A stretch of DNA of 64,000 nt, taken from contig OX597819.1 of assembly GCA_951406725.2 (NCBI GenBank), positions 62,000,001 to 62,064,000 of the forward strand, written 5' to 3'. A program made the translations under genes and the position numbers. A model generated the notes under the pieces. That model made no database searches. It had not been told where the DNA came from and saw nothing but the letters and a program-made list of their open reading frames with translations. This document shows positions 62,627 through 64,000 of the stretch, piece after piece. Every line of letters begins with the position of its first letter. Position 1 is the stretch's first letter. Source of the stretch: Octopus vulgaris. Taxonomy: Eukaryota.

Positions 62627-63428
62627 ATCATCATCATCATCATCATCATCGTTTAACGTCTGTTTTCCGCGCTAGCACGGGTTGGACGGTTCGACCGGGG
62701 TCTGGGAAGCCAGGGGCCGCTCCAGGCTCCAGTCTGATCTGGCAGAGTTTCTACGGCTGGATGCCCTTCCTAACGCCAACCACTCCGCGAGTGGAGTGGG
62801 TGCTTTTTACGTGCCACCTGCACAGGGGCTGGGGGGTCCGGCATCGGTCACGATCGGTTGGAGCTTTTAACGTGCCAGCGGCACGGGAGCCAGCCAAGGC
62901 GGCGCTGGCAATGTTCGGATGGTCTTACCGGCTCAGAGGCCAGTTGGGGCAGCGCTGGCATCGGCCACGTTCGGATAGTACTTTTTATGTGCCACCGGCA
63001 CAGGCATCATAACTCCTATTTCCATTGATATTTATTTCGACGTTCATGTTCATGTACTTGACTCAACAGATCTCCTCAGGCACAGCAGGACTATCTGGGA
63101 TCCGGGGTACTTTGAATGGGCAGGGGCTATGAGGAACTGATGCAGGAAGCAGCCCGGGTCTTTGCAGTCACAGCATATCTCCAGAGATCTCGGTCCTTCG
63201 CCATTGCCTCAGTGAGGCCCAATGCTCTGAGGTCATGCTTGATTACCTCATCCCATGTCTTCCTGGGTCTACCTCTCCCCCTGATACCTTCAACTGTTTG
63301 GGAGTGGCACTTCTTCACACATCTCTCTTCATCCATCCGCAGCACATGACCATACCATCGCAAGCGTCGCTCTTGCACACCACATCTGATGCTTCTTATA
63401 TCCAGCATTTCTCTCAGGATGCTTACAT
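62627..63428 (-). mobile_element. 5'-truncated RTE LINE, same family as 41417-43280
   Basis: C-terminal 93 aa nearly identical to the 41-kb copy, TAG at 63127, full 3' UTR, (GAT)n tail, 5' end at (TA)n. Confidence 0.93.
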
Positions 63429-64000
63429 ATATATATATATATATATGTAAAGGTATGTAGAAAAATACAACATGGACAAGAACGTATAACTCTTAGAAGA
63501 CGACACAATAAACACGGACAGGACATTCGAAACCCTCAGTCTTCAGTCAAGAACCGGATCATCGTAGTAATTTCGGCTGTATATATTTGTGTGTCTGTGT
63601 TTGTCCACCCCATCTCAATTGCTTGCCAACTGATATTGGTGTGTTTGTGTCCCCATAACTTAGTGGTTCAGCAAAAGAGAACAATAGACTAAGTACTAGG
63701 CTTATAAAGAAGAAGTCCTGGGGTGGATTTGCTTGACTAAAAGTGGTGCTTCAGCATGGCCACAGTCAAATGACTAAAACAAATAAAAGTGTAAAAGAGT
63801 ACACAAAAAAAGCTAATCTTTCTCTCCCCCTCTCCCCACCTCTGTCTATGGTTGCATAGTTAAGAAGTTTACTTCCCGACCACATGATTTCACGTTCAGT
63901 CCCACTGTGTGGCACCTTGGACAAGTGCATTCTACTATAATCTACTATAATCATGGGTCAAGCAAAACCTTTTGAATGGATTTAAGAGGTAAAAACTGAA

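Noticed and set aside
63505-63580. CTGAAGA...CGAAT hammerhead-like motif on the minus strand
   Set aside because: GAAA core broken and no convincing stems I or II.

Overview
Eukaryotic, repeat-rich genomic DNA, most likely from an octopus or other coleoid cephalopod (inferred from the tRNA/CORE-type SINEs, RTE LINEs and microsatellite density, not from a search). One protein-coding gene is well supported: the DEAD-box helicase DDX55 (Spb4 family) on the minus strand. I reconstructed 13 coding exons by hand (27340 to 589, 1442 nt, about 480 aa, all GT-AG and phase-consistent); the C-terminal exons lie beyond the left edge. The rest is mobile DNA: a young 5'-truncated RTE LINE with an open RT and PHD-like finger, many RTE 3' tails, three SINE families, hAT, piggyBac, mariner and Helitron non-autonomous elements, and minisatellites. 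The most interesting signals are non-coding. (1) Several short elements in (TA)n tracts carry Penelope-type hammerhead ribozyme motifs, including a 475-bp near-perfect inverted repeat with a hammerhead in each arm. (2) A U6 snRNA 3' end is fused directly to a full-length SINE. (3) There is a 99-bp fold-back palindrome. (4) A CpG-decayed tRNA-Trp copy has an amber (CTA) anticodon. Nearly all other ORFs in the supplied track are artefacts of microsatellites or SINEs. Coordinates were read by eye; repeat boundaries without a TSD are approximate.
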